Origin: Candidatus Bipolaricaulota bacterium
Lineage (GTDB): Bacteria > Bipolaricaulota > Bipolaricaulia > UBA7950 > UBA9294
DNA length: 64,000 bases
Direction of reading: 5' to 3'
NCBI GenBank assembly: GCA_040752575.1
Contig: JBFMGK010000027.1
Span: 24,016-88,015, forward strand
Below are positions 9,613 through 19,104 of the stretch, in pieces (the first letter of the stretch is position 1; each line of letters opens with the position of its first letter). Both the position numbers and the translations under genes were made by a program. The notes under the pieces were generated by a model. It worked only from the letters and a program-made list of their open reading frames with translations, did no database searches and was not told where the DNA came from.

Positions 9613-10522
9613 TGGGGCAGGTCTTGCAATCACGTATCATGCTGCGGTGATGTTGGGGCGTGATCGCGCAGACTCGCCGACGGATCGTCGAGTTGTGGAC
9701 GACGAGGTGGCCGGCGATCTCCTGTTGGGTATAGCGGTCCTTGAGGTAGGCGCACGCATGCCGACCGCATCCTTTGGGTCGGTGACGACGGCTGAGAGCG
9801 GTGGCCGGCGGGTTTCTGTTTGGGTCTTCGGAATCTCGCACGCCCGGGACAGCGCTGGTGCGTGCTCCTCAATGAACTGGTCGCTGCCGAGGTAGATCTG
9901 CCCGCGCAGACCATTCCACACCGCTATGCCGCGTCCTTCCGAGACGAACTCACGACACGCCTTCTGCGCTTCAGGCTTCTATGCCCCGAACTGCTCGAGG
10001 ATCCAGTCGGGGGGGTAGGAGCTCTAGGGGAGCCTCGAGCCCAGCCGTGGCGCGATAGCTTGACCAGTTCCAGTCCTGCGTCCTGCGCACCGCCTTCGAC
10101 CGGATCGGGTTCAGACCACGTAGCGGGCTATCTCCAGCCAGTACGTGTCTCGCTCGACGAGAACGGCCTTGAACCGCCCGGGAAGACGTGTCCAGTTCGC
10201 CGATGCGGCCGGTTAGACTCCTGCGTGTAGGTTCCGTTCAGAGGACACATGCCGTGTGAGAGCGTGGGCTCGACCGTCTCGATCAACAGCGGCAGTGGTC
10301 TGTCATCTGGCAGGTCGGCGAGGCAGCGCCAGTTGAACCGCTTGACGGCATCTGCAAGCACATTCAGGAGCAACTCCCGGTCCGGGTCAACCAAGAAGAC
10401 CTTCTCCCGCGCATTGCTGCGGCAGGTCACATGGTAGACGGCACCTGCGTACTCGATCCGGAGCGGGCGGACCATGGAGCCAGCCTGCCATAGTTGATAC
10501 GTGATTGCAAGACCTGACCCCA
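9613..10522 (-). mobile_element. RAYT-like Y1 transposase element bounded by ~28-bp inverted repeats
   Basis: Left TGGGGCAGGTCTTGCAATCACGTATCA (9613-9639) and right TGATACGTGATTGCAAGACCTGACCCCA (10495-10522), one indel. Confidence 0.8.
9637..10475 (-). pseudogene. frameshifted REP-associated tyrosine (Y1/HUH) transposase with C-terminal HTH
   Basis: MVRPLRIEYAGAVYHVTCRSNAREKVF; HUH region broken by frameshifts; GHVF..RFKAVLVERDTYWLEIARYVV in a shifted frame; C-terminal YTQQEIAGHLVVHNSTI. Confidence 0.85.
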
Positions 10523-10536
10523 TCGCTCGGGGTACG

Positions 10537-11274
10537 TCACACCCTGTCGCTCGTCATCCGCCTCTTGAAGACGACGACGGCGATGGCGGCGATCGCTACG
10601 GCGTATCCGATGACCCAGTAGAGGTGCGGCAAGATCGCCGCGATGTCGCCTCCCGTTGCAGCTCGCGCGGCATCCACGGCATGAGCAAACGGAAGGGCAT
10701 ACGCAATCCTCTTGAACGTGTCTCCGACGAGGCTGAGATCGAACCACGTGCCGCTGAGCCACGCGGTTGCGTTGGTCAGCAGCGCCCCGCAGAAGGCGCC
10801 GACCTGCTTGTCGGTGAACAGCGTGCCGGCGAGCAGGCCGATCGCGATGAACAGCACGGCGGCCGGGAGCAGCGTGGCGAGCGCGAGAAGGGTTCTTGCG
10901 TCGGCCGGAAGGCCGAGGAGGATGGCCACCAGAAAGCAGATGGCTCCTTGGGCCAACGCCATCGGAACAAGGGGGAGTGTGTACCCGAAGATGAAGTCTC
11001 GCGCCGCGAGAGGCGACGAGTACAGGCGCATCAAGTACGACGTGCTCCGATCCTTGGCAATCAGCGTGCCGGAGAAGAGAGCCACGAACGACAGGCCGAA
11101 GACGGCGATCCCGGGCGCGAGGCGTTCGATCGCAAACAGGTCCACCGGGATGTTGGCCTGGATGGCGGAGATGAGCAAGAGCACGACGACGGGAAATCCT
11201 ATTCCGAACGCGAGATTCAGCGGATCGCGCAGAATCTCCTTGCGGTTGCGCGCGGCGAAAACGAGGGCTCTCAT
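10537..11274 (-). CDS. ABC-2 type transporter permease
   Basis: Six hydrophobic segments; downstream of an ABC ATPase. Confidence 0.85.
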   Translation of the reverse strand: MRALVFAARNRKEILRDPLNLAFGIGFPVVVLLLISAIQANIPVDLFAIERLAPGIAVFGLSFVALFSGTLIAKDRSTSYLMRLYSSPLAARDFIFGYTLPLVPMALAQGAICFLVAILLGLPADARTLLALATLLPAAVLFIAIGLLAGTLFTDKQVGAFCGALLTNATAWLSGTWFDLSLVGDTFKRIAYALPFAHAVDAARAATGGDIAAILPHLYWVIGYAVAIAAIAVVVFKRRMTSDRV

Positions 11275-12008
11275 GTTGTCGCCTCACCTCCCGTGGCTAG
11301 GGCGATGAACGCGTCTTCGAGTGCTGTCCCTCCGGTGGCGGCAACCAGCTCGGCCGATGTGCCGACCGCCTTCAGCGAGCCCTTAACCAGGACGCCGACC
11401 CGATCGGAAAGCGCCTCCGCTTCTTCCATGTAGTGCGTCGTTAGGATCATCGTGACGCGTCCCTTGAGCTCGCGGATGGCCTTCCACAGCTCGCGGCGCG
11501 CGAGGACGTCCAGGCCGAGCGTCGGCTCGTCGAGGAACAGAATCTCTGGGTCGGAGATGAGCGCCATCGCGATGCTGAGCCGCCGCTGCATGCCGCCTGA
11601 GAGGACCTTCGCCCGCTTCCGGGCCACGTCCGTCAGGCCGAACTTCGCCAGCAGCTCAGCGGTCTGATTCCGCGCCGTCGCCCGGCTGCTTCCGTAGATC
11701 TCGGCCATCAGCTGGAGGTTCTCTTCCGTCGTCAGATTGCGGGCCACGGCCGTTTCCTGAGGCGAAACGTTCGTCTTCGCCTTGACGGCGTCTGGATCGA
11801 ACAGGATGCTGTGGCCGAGCAGGACGGCGTTGCCGCTCGTCGGCCGGATCAGGCACGTCAGCATCTTGATTGCCGTCGTCTTTCCGGCGCCGTTGACACC
11901 GAGCAGCGAGAACAGCTCGCCCTGCGACACCGAAAGGTCGAGGTCTCGCACGGCGGTGGTTGAGCCGTACAGTTTGGTCAGCTTCATGACTTCGATGGCT
12001 GGCGTCAT
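11271..12008 (-). CDS. ABC transporter ATP-binding protein
   Basis: GVNGAGKTT Walker A, LSGGM signature, LFLDEPT, THYMEEA. Confidence 0.95.
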   Translation of the reverse strand: MTPAIEVMKLTKLYGSTTAVRDLDLSVSQGELFSLLGVNGAGKTTAIKMLTCLIRPTSGNAVLLGHSILFDPDAVKAKTNVSPQETAVARNLTTEENLQLMAEIYGSSRATARNQTAELLAKFGLTDVARKRAKVLSGGMQRRLSIAMALISDPEILFLDEPTLGLDVLARRELWKAIRELKGRVTMILTTHYMEEAEALSDRVGVLVKGSLKAVGTSAELVAATGGTALEDAFIALATGGEATT

Positions 12009-12229
12009 TCCTCCACCTGCCGATCCTGGGCGTCGAGGATGCCCCTCGCGAATCCCAGAAACAGCTCGTTCTTCACGATTGCGATCCCCTGGGCCTCGTC
12101 GCCGAGCAACAGAAGCGTGTCCCCCGGCTTGATGCCGAATACCTCGCGCGCTGCCTTGGGGATGACGATCTGCCCGCGCTCTCCGACCTTCACGGTCCCG
12201 AAGATGTGCTTGCCGTCCGGCGCTCTCAC
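12005..12229 (-). CDS. AbrB/MazE/SpoVT-family DNA-binding protein
   Basis: VKVGERGQIVIPKAAREVFGIKPGD swapped-hairpin motif. Confidence 0.9.
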   Translation of the reverse strand: MRAPDGKHIFGTVKVGERGQIVIPKAAREVFGIKPGDTLLLLGDEAQGIAIVKNELFLGFARGILDAQDRQVEE

Positions 12230-12263
12230 TGGCGGATCCCTCCCCGTTCTGCCGAGCCGCGCG

Positions 12264-12299
12264 ATTCATGCCAATCATACAAGACACACTAATCGTACT
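12264..12299 (-). promoter_or_regulatory. four 9-bp imperfect direct repeats, putative AbrB-like operator
   Basis: ATTCATGCC / AATCATACA / AGACACACT / AATCGTACT upstream of the abrB-like gene. Confidence 0.35.
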
Positions 12300-12871
12300 C
12301 AACGCATGCCGTTGCGGGATCGTCTGCCGACAAGGTCTGGATTCCAGCCCTGCAGGTGGGCAGACGGGCCTGCGTGCTAGGAGGGATGCCATCAAGGAGC
12401 GCCGCGAGCGGTTGCTGTAGAGATTGCGCGTCCGGACTGGAAATGCCCCCGGATCTCGCCGCTGCCCAGGATGCCGTCGTGCGGCCGCACGTCAGGCTGC
12501 ACGAAGGTCGAATGGAGCAGTGCTCTCGGCTCATGGCGCTCCGGAGGCCGCGGAAGGGCCGTCGCTGTGGGCGCAGAAAGCCGAGGTGCAGCTGCCGAGA
12601 GGTTTCCCGACAGCACGAGGCAAGACGTGACCCGATTGCTGGAGCGTCGGCATGCGCCCCATCTGGCCCCGTGGGATCTCGAGCGAAGGGCTCTCCGGCA
12701 GTAGCGACGCGGGCGGCGGGGAGGTCGCCTCCCCGGATCCAGGAAGCCTCCTTCCCTGCCGCCTGGCGTGCGTGCGGCCTTCATGGTGCTGCGAGGGTGC
12801 GACGCCGAGTGCCAGGCCAGGTGCGTGACTGCAGGGCCGGAACCCGGCGCCGAAGAGCGAACGTCCGAAAT

Positions 12872-13031
12872 CCCGGAGTCGCCGCAGAGGCTGAGCTCCT
12901 TGGCAAGCGTCACGCGTCGGGAAGCCGCACGCGCGGATCGGGTCCAGTCTGGCCAACAAGGCACCATGTCGGGATCGTGTTCCCGGAGTGCTGCGAACGG
13001 CGGGAGTCGTAATAAGTACTATGTCCCCGGA
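12872..13031 (+). repeat. 160-bp direct repeat copy 2 (degenerate hairpin plus class A motif)
   Basis: Near-identical to 7686-7845; contains the stop codon of the adjacent GNAT gene. Confidence 0.9.
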
Positions 13032-13576
13032 TTCGAGCGTTTCAGGGAGTCTTGACATCTTACGTTCATGCGCATGTGCACGGTCACGAACGTCCTGCCG
13101 TTGATCGTGCCGGTGGACTGCCTAAACACCCGGAATCCTGCCTTCTCATACGCGCGGATGGCTCGACGGTTGAAACACGCCACGCCCAGGAAAACGTGCT
13201 CACCTGCATATCGAGTCTGCTTCAGCGCGAACTCGGCGCACGCGCCCACAAACCGCGGTCCTCGTCCTTGTCCAACCAGGTCGGGGCGCATCCCGAACCC
13301 GATCCACAGCTCTCGCTGATTGATCAGCTCCATGTTTCCGAAGTCGGCGTAGTCAGTTGCCTCGTCGTCCTCCGTGAAGAACTCGATCGACAGCTCGCCG
13401 ACCAGCTCACCCTCCGGACTCAGCACCGCGAAGAGCCCGCTGCCCCAGGCGGCGGCATCCATCATGTGGTCGGCTTCGCCGGAGTAATCGTAGATGGCGT
13501 AGTCCCCCTCGTACTTCCAGCTCTCCGTGATGTGAGTCGCGTAGCGCCTGTTCATTGGAACGAACGTGTAGTCCAT
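13019..13576 (-). CDS. GNAT family N-acetyltransferase
   Basis: IGFGMRPDLVGQGRG motif A, FNRRAIRAYEKAGF; starts MDYTFVPM. Confidence 0.85.
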   Translation of the reverse strand: MDYTFVPMNRRYATHITESWKYEGDYAIYDYSGEADHMMDAAAWGSGLFAVLSPEGELVGELSIEFFTEDDEATDYADFGNMELINQRELWIGFGMRPDLVGQGRGPRFVGACAEFALKQTRYAGEHVFLGVACFNRRAIRAYEKAGFRVFRQSTGTINGRTFVTVHMRMNVRCQDSLKRSNPGT

Positions 13577-13755
13577 CGCTCTCCGTCTACTCCTCAACGA
13601 TGCGGATCCTGCTCGCAGCCGCGAATCGGCGTACGCGTGAGACACACCGAGGATAGCATCCTGCGCCCCGGCAAGCGTTCGCAAGGCTGCGCCAGGCGTC
13701 TTGAGTTCAATCCGTTGCTGCGGGTTTGGCGCCGGCGCCGCGAGTGGCGCGCCGT

Positions 13756-13870
13756 GGGGATCTGCGCGGCGCTGTGTCCCGATCTGGCCGACGCATCGAC
13801 GGATCGCAGTCGTGTCCCTGGAGTGCCCCGGTGCGCCAGGCTCGAATAGGGTACTGTGTCCCCCGAATTC
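13756..13870 (+). repeat. composite spacer: degenerate hairpin plus class A motif
   Basis: GGGGATCTGCGC..CCCGATCTGG..GTCGTGTCCC followed by TAGGGTACTGTGTCCCCCGAATTC. Confidence 0.7.
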
Positions 13871-13920
13871 CCTACGATCATCCAGGAGCGGGGCGCCCTT
13901 GACCCCGCGTGGGGGGACAG

Positions 13921-15432
13921 ATGGCAGAGAAGACAGTGGCGATCGTCGGCGCGGGGATCTCGGGTCTCTCGGCCGGCTGTTACGGGCGGATGAACGGGTA
14001 CCGGACCGTCGTTCTCGAGATGCACCACCTACCCGGCGGCCTGTGCACCGCATGGAAGCGGAAGGGCTACACGTTCGACGGGTGCATCCATTGGCTGACG
14101 AGCTCGGCTCCCGGCGATTCTCTCTACAGGGTGTGGGAGGAACTGGGCGCCGTGCAGGGACGGCGGATGGTCGACCACGACGTGTTTTGGCGGGTCGTTG
14201 GCGCGGACGGGCGGATCTTCTCCCTGTACGCCGACCCGGCTCGTCTCCTGCAGCACATGAAGGATCTCTCACCGGACGACGCCGAGCCTGCGGCGGAGCT
14301 CTGCCGGTGGGTTCGCGCGTTCATGCGGTTCGAGATGATGATGGACAAGCCGCGCGAGCTGATGTCGGGTCTCGACGTACTCAAGCTGGTCGTTCGCATG
14401 GGAGGCAGGCTCAAGGACCTCAGGATCCTCGCATCGACGAGCATGGGCGAGTTCTCGAAGCGGTTCAAGGATCCGCTTCTGGCGGCCGGGATGCGCCTCT
14501 CCGTCGGGGAGTCCACGCCCCTGATTGGGCTTGTGATGACGCTCGCGCCGATGAGCCGACGCGCCGCCGGCTTCCCGGTCGGAGGGTCGCTCGCGTTCGC
14601 TCAGGCGATCGAGCGCCGCTACAAGGCACTCGGCGGCGAGATCCGCTACGGCGCAAAGGTCGTGCAGATCCTCGAGTCAAGTGGCAAGGCGGTCGGAGTG
14701 CGTCTCGAAGATGGCACCGAGATCCGCGCCGACTACGTCGTCTCCGCCGCCGATCTTCGCGAAACGCTGACCACGCTCCTCGACGGGCGCCGACAAGACG
14801 AGACCCACCGCGTCTTGCTTGAGACGGGCAGCCTCTATCCCTCCTGCGTCCAAGTCAGCTTCGGAGTTCGGCGCGTCTTCCACGAACTGGACGAGTGCCT
14901 CGGCGAGGCGTTCGAACTTGACGCGCCGCTCAGGCTGGGCGGCGAGGACGTCGATTGGATGACGGTGCGGAGCTATGCGCTCGACCCTTCCCTCGCTTCG
15001 CCGGGGTGCTCGGTTATCACGTCGGTCTTGGACGGGAACTGGGAGTATTGGAACGGCCTGCGAGCCGACCTTGCGGCCTATGCCGCAGAGAAGGAACGAA
15101 TCGCCGCCGCTTGCGCTGCCGCCATCGACCGACGCTACCCCGGGTTCAAGGACGCCATCGACGTGACGGACGTTGCCACGCCCGTGACGTTTGCGCGCTA
15201 CACCGGGAGCTGGAAGGGAACCTTCATGACCTGGCAGCTCACGCGGGAGTTCGAGAGGCGCTACGGCTACGTACGAAAGACCATCCCGGGGCTGGACAAC
15301 CTCTACCTCGCCAGCATGTGGACGCTTCCTCCCGGCGGGCTTCCCGGCGCCGCGCAGGCAGGCAGGCACGTCGTGCAGCTTCTTTGCGCCCGGGACGGCA
15401 AGAGATTCGTGACCGATCGACCGAGCCCGTAG
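13921..15432 (+). CDS. phytoene desaturase-like NAD(P)/FAD oxidoreductase
   Basis: IVGAGISGL Rossmann motif, PGG..TAW.RKGY.FD, ATP.TF.RYT, PPGGLPG. Confidence 0.85.
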   Translation: MAEKTVAIVGAGISGLSAGCYGRMNGYRTVVLEMHHLPGGLCTAWKRKGYTFDGCIHWLTSSAPGDSLYRVWEELGAVQGRRMVDHDVFWRVVGADGRIFSLYADPARLLQHMKDLSPDDAEPAAELCRWVRAFMRFEMMMDKPRELMSGLDVLKLVVRMGGRLKDLRILASTSMGEFSKRFKDPLLAAGMRLSVGESTPLIGLVMTLAPMSRRAAGFPVGGSLAFAQAIERRYKALGGEIRYGAKVVQILESSGKAVGVRLEDGTEIRADYVVSAADLRETLTTLLDGRRQDETHRVLLETGSLYPSCVQVSFGVRRVFHELDECLGEAFELDAPLRLGGEDVDWMTVRSYALDPSLASPGCSVITSVLDGNWEYWNGLRADLAAYAAEKERIAAACAAAIDRRYPGFKDAIDVTDVATPVTFARYTGSWKGTFMTWQLTREFERRYGYVRKTIPGLDNLYLASMWTLPPGGLPGAAQAGRHVVQLLCARDGKRFVTDRPSP

Positions 15433-15576
15433 CGTTCGGCCTGCGCCCGTGGAAGAGCCGTCGCAGCGCGGGATTTCGGTGCGCGGTATCGGCCCCGCGA
15501 AGTACGACGCTCGCAGGAGTCTGTGTCGCGGCTCCGGACCTTCTTGCCGCGCTTCACAGACCGGGAGTCAGCGAAC

Positions 15577-15627
15577 GGGGACATGACCCGATCTGGACGA
15601 CGCATCATCAGATCGGGATCGTGTCCC
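15577..15627 (+). repeat. REP-like bulged hairpin
   Basis: GGGGACATGACCCGATCTG-loop-CAGATCGGGATCGTGTCCC. Confidence 0.85.
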
Positions 15628-15747
15628 AGAGCGACGGCGCATGGCGCGAATCGTTGTTAGGTGACGTGTCCCGAAGCCCGGCTCCAGTGTAGCGTCGCAG
15701 CTTGCTGCGACGTTGGTCCATGCGCTGTCGGCAGGGCGATGGAGCGC
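15627..15747 (+). repeat. 121-bp direct repeat copy 1
   Basis: 7 mismatches to 18469-18589. Confidence 0.9.
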
Positions 15748-15795
15748 CGCACGTGACGAGGACCGGAGTTTGGCATTGTGTCCGCGTGATTCGAG

Positions 15796-15896
15796 AATAA
15801 AGCTCTGACCCCAGATCGTCTGGCCGAGGATCTGCGCACGGGGACATGACCCGATCTGGGCAACGCAACGTCAGCTCGGGATCGTGTCCCCAGAGC
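15796..15896 (+). repeat. class B motif plus bulged hairpin
   Basis: AATAAAGCTCTGACCCC, then GATCGTCTGGCC..GGGGACATGACCCGATCTG..CGGGATCGTGTCCCCAGAGC; matches 20096-20185. Confidence 0.85.
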
Positions 15897-16092
15897 CCAA
15901 CGCGCGACGGGACCTGTCGATGGCACTGCGCCCCGGCGGCTCCCGAGTCGGAACCTACTGCTTCGTGCCGTCTGTCGTCGGCTGCATGCCAGTCCCACCG
16001 GAACGGAGACCCGAACCCGCCGCCAGTGGTCCACCTAGCGGGACTGCCCTAGAATCGACGGTGTGCAGCGTGGGCGCAGGGAGCGCCCGCCC

Positions 16093-17148
16093 ATGGATAG
16101 CCACGCAGATCGGGTTCGCCACTACAAGGGGACTCCGCGCGCGATTGGGCTCGCCGCGGGGCGCGCGCTCGGCGCGAGGCTCGAACAGACCGTCGACCAC
16201 TACATCGCCCGCCGGCAGTCCGCCGTCGACATGGCCAAGCTGCGCGCGGGGGCTCTCGCCTGGTTGCGCAGCCTGCCGAAGCGGTTTCGAGACGAATTCG
16301 AAGGCATGGCGGAGGGCGCCGAACTGCCTCTGCAGAAGCTGGTGGAGTGGTGCTACATCGAGGAGTGCGAGGGCCATCGCTGCAGTGGCGCGATCGCCCT
16401 GTTCGACGGCCGCGCGTGGGTTGCCCGGAACAACGACACCTTCGTACCCGAGCTGTGGGGCTACGCGACGATTCGTGAAGTGGATGGGCGGATCCCGACG
16501 GTCGGCTTCGGCATGGAGGGCGACGTCTTCGCCCCGACCGGCATCAACAAGGAGAAGCTGTGGCTCCACTACAACTGGCTTCCTGCATGGGACAAGCCCG
16601 AGCCGGGGAAGCCTCACTTTCCTGGGTACGTTCTGCTCACGGAAGCGCTCGAAGTGTGCCGGACGCTCGACGATGTCGAGGCATTCCTCGAAGAGAACCA
16701 TCGCGATGGCGGCATGATGCTGTTCGCGGTGGATGGCAAGACCGACGAGTTCGCGATCTTCGAGTGTCTGAGCGCCAAGCACTTCCGGCGCGATCCTTCT
16801 GAAAGCTGGATTGTGGGGACGAACCACTTCTGCGCCTGCGAGGACCCGGCTCTGGGTGAGGATGAGGGCTCGGTCAGCACACTCCATCGCTTCCGACGAT
16901 TGTCGGATCTCCTTGCCGATCTGCGCGCCGCGCCGGAAGCCGTCCGCCTGCCGAACGATCTCATCCGCATCTTGGCCGACGACGAGATCGAACGGCGAGG
17001 CCGAGAGTTCAGGCAAGGCGAGGAACTCGTGACCGCCTATGCCAACGTGGCGTGCCCGTCGACAGGCGAGATCTGGTACACGTTCGGCGGGTACCCGGCA
17101 GCCAGCGCGGGCAACTGGCAGCGCCTCGAGTGGCCGTGGGCCGAGTGA
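16093..17148 (+). CDS. C45-family autoproteolytic Ntn hydrolase/acyltransferase
   Basis: R-CSG predicted processing site, ARNND, TGIN and GTNHF motifs. Confidence 0.8.
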   Translation: MDSHADRVRHYKGTPRAIGLAAGRALGARLEQTVDHYIARRQSAVDMAKLRAGALAWLRSLPKRFRDEFEGMAEGAELPLQKLVEWCYIEECEGHRCSGAIALFDGRAWVARNNDTFVPELWGYATIREVDGRIPTVGFGMEGDVFAPTGINKEKLWLHYNWLPAWDKPEPGKPHFPGYVLLTEALEVCRTLDDVEAFLEENHRDGGMMLFAVDGKTDEFAIFECLSAKHFRRDPSESWIVGTNHFCACEDPALGEDEGSVSTLHRFRRLSDLLADLRAAPEAVRLPNDLIRILADDEIERRGREFRQGEELVTAYANVACPSTGEIWYTFGGYPAASAGNWQRLEWPWAE

Positions 17149-17359
17149 GTCGGCTCGGTGCCTGTCGAGGCACCGAATCACGCGCCGTGTTCCGCTACCC
17201 TCAGCGCTCTTCGGTCCGAGGCAGTGGCGGTGTAGGGGCTCGCGCTGCGTGCTGAAGGCCAAGAAGCAAGGTCGGACCCCGCCACCTCGCGGCGTAGGCG
17301 AGGGCGCGTCCTGGGAGATTCCGGTACCCTCTCCGGGCGCTCGATAGGGGGCCTACACG

Positions 17360-18346
17360 ATGAACGAAATCATGCTCCGGGGGACTCACGTTGAGATAGG
17401 ACGCGAGGTCGGCGCACAGCTTCGAGCGGCAGGCGAGGTGCTTCCCGCGATCAGCGCGGAACAGGCGCGATCCACGGAGAGCCTCATCCGGCAGATCTCC
17501 GATCGGATCCCGAACCTGCTTGACGAGATGAGAGGAATCGCCGAAGGCGGCGGATACGACGAGCTCGCCGTCCAGTGCTACTCGCTTGCGCTCGGCATCG
17601 TCCCGGCGTGTACCGTGATCGCTGTCTCAGGCGAACGCACAGCGACGGGGCGGACGCTCTTCGGACGCAACTACGATGCGGGTTCGAAGTGGGCCGAATT
17701 CACCTTGTATCGCACGTATCCCGTCGACGGCTACTCCCACATCGGCTGCTGCTACGACCTCTTGGTCGGTCGAGAGGACGGAGTGAACGAAGCGGGGCTC
17801 GCGATGGCCTACACCGGCGTGCACGGCCGCTACACGTCGCGGCCCGGCGTGTGGGACCACATCCCAGTCCGCGTCGTTCTCGAGGAGTGCGCGACGGTCG
17901 ACGAAGCGGCGGAGGTCATCCGCGGCCTGCCTCACCTGTACACGAAGAACTTCCTCGTTGCCGACGCAGCCGGGGCTGTAGCAGTCATCGAGGCGGGGCA
18001 AGAGGGGGTGTCGGTCGTGCGATCGCGGGACGGGTTCGGAGCGATCACGAACCACTTCGTGGCGGAGGAGATGCTTGCCTACAACGACTGGGCCAAAATC
18101 CCAGCGAACTCGGTGCACCGGCTCGAAGTCGCTGACCGTTGGCGCGATGCCGCGGCCGAGGGGGATCGCCCGCCGAGCCGGGAGAGCCTGATGCAGCTTC
18201 TCTCGGATACGGAAAGGGGCGTCCGCTCGGAGCTCAGTTCCGAGTTTACGACCGTCTGGTCTTGGGTTGCCGAGCTGGGCGAGCGGCGGATCCACCTCTG
18301 CGACCGCCTGCCGGAACCCAATGCCTACCGGGTGTGCGACTTCTAG
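17360..18346 (+). CDS. C45-family autoproteolytic Ntn hydrolase/acyltransferase
   Basis: A-CT predicted processing site, GRNYD, DGVNEAGL, TNHF. Confidence 0.85.
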   Translation: MNEIMLRGTHVEIGREVGAQLRAAGEVLPAISAEQARSTESLIRQISDRIPNLLDEMRGIAEGGGYDELAVQCYSLALGIVPACTVIAVSGERTATGRTLFGRNYDAGSKWAEFTLYRTYPVDGYSHIGCCYDLLVGREDGVNEAGLAMAYTGVHGRYTSRPGVWDHIPVRVVLEECATVDEAAEVIRGLPHLYTKNFLVADAAGAVAVIEAGQEGVSVVRSRDGFGAITNHFVAEEMLAYNDWAKIPANSVHRLEVADRWRDAAAEGDRPPSRESLMQLLSDTERGVRSELSSEFTTVWSWVAELGERRIHLCDRLPEPNAYRVCDF

Positions 18347-18468
18347 CGCTGCGATCGGCTCAGCGTTTCCATCCACTCACGAACGGTGCGGCAGGGGACG
18401 AAGGCTCTCACATCGCCGACGCCCGAGCCGGTTTTCCTGCTCGGCGGTGGAGGACTCTTGCGGCCGAA

Positions 18469-18589
18469 CAGAGCGCCGGCGTATGGCGCGAGTCGTTGTT
18501 GGGTGTCGTGTCCCGAAGCCCGGCTCCAGTGTAGCGTCGCAGATTGCTGCGACGTCGGTCCATGCGCTGTCGGCAGGGCGATGGAGCGC
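18469..18589 (+). repeat. 121-bp direct repeat copy 2
   Basis: Near-identical to 15627-15747; followed by a degenerate class A motif at 18613-18633. Confidence 0.9.
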
Positions 18590-18710
18590 ATCGCGCTACG
18601 GGAACCGCAGTCTAGTATTGTGTACCGGAACTCCTCGCGGTGGTGTACGTTCGCAATCTCGATGGACTAGAATGTCATGCACGTACAGAAAGGTACAAGG
18701 AGGCCCTCAT

Positions 18711-19079
18711 ATGGAACGCATCATCCGAATTGCCGCCAGTGCCGTGCTCTTACTGGGCGTCGGCGCCGGACTCCTTGGCTGTCAGGTTCTGGATCCGACG
18801 CCGATTGTGACGAGCTTCACCGGCGGCGCCGGGATGCTGACCGATCCCTTCACCCTTCCGGCGGGCGCCCACATGGCCACGCTGACGACGCTGGGATACT
18901 GCATCGTTCATGTCGTGCCGGTAGCTGCGCCCGATGACATTACGTATCTCTTCGCCTGTTGGGCTGGAGAAGCGTCAGTGGGGGAGAGCGCACTCTATGT
19001 GTCAGACGGCACCCGCATCATGCTGGAGTTCTCCAACGTGAGCGCGCCGTACACGCTGGAGTTCGAGGCCATCGACTGA
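18711..19079 (+). CDS. putative lipoprotein
   Basis: AGGAGG RBS; lipobox LLGC after a hydrophobic leader. Confidence 0.7.
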   Translation: MERIIRIAASAVLLLGVGAGLLGCQVLDPTPIVTSFTGGAGMLTDPFTLPAGAHMATLTTLGYCIVHVVPVAAPDDITYLFACWAGEASVGESALYVSDGTRIMLEFSNVSAPYTLEFEAID

Positions 19080-19104
19080 CCGTGCCCACCGCGCGGAAGG
19101 TGAG

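Noticed and set aside
12005..12229. MazE/VapB antitoxin of a toxin-antitoxin pair
   Set aside because: The downstream genes are an ABC ATPase and permease, not a toxin.
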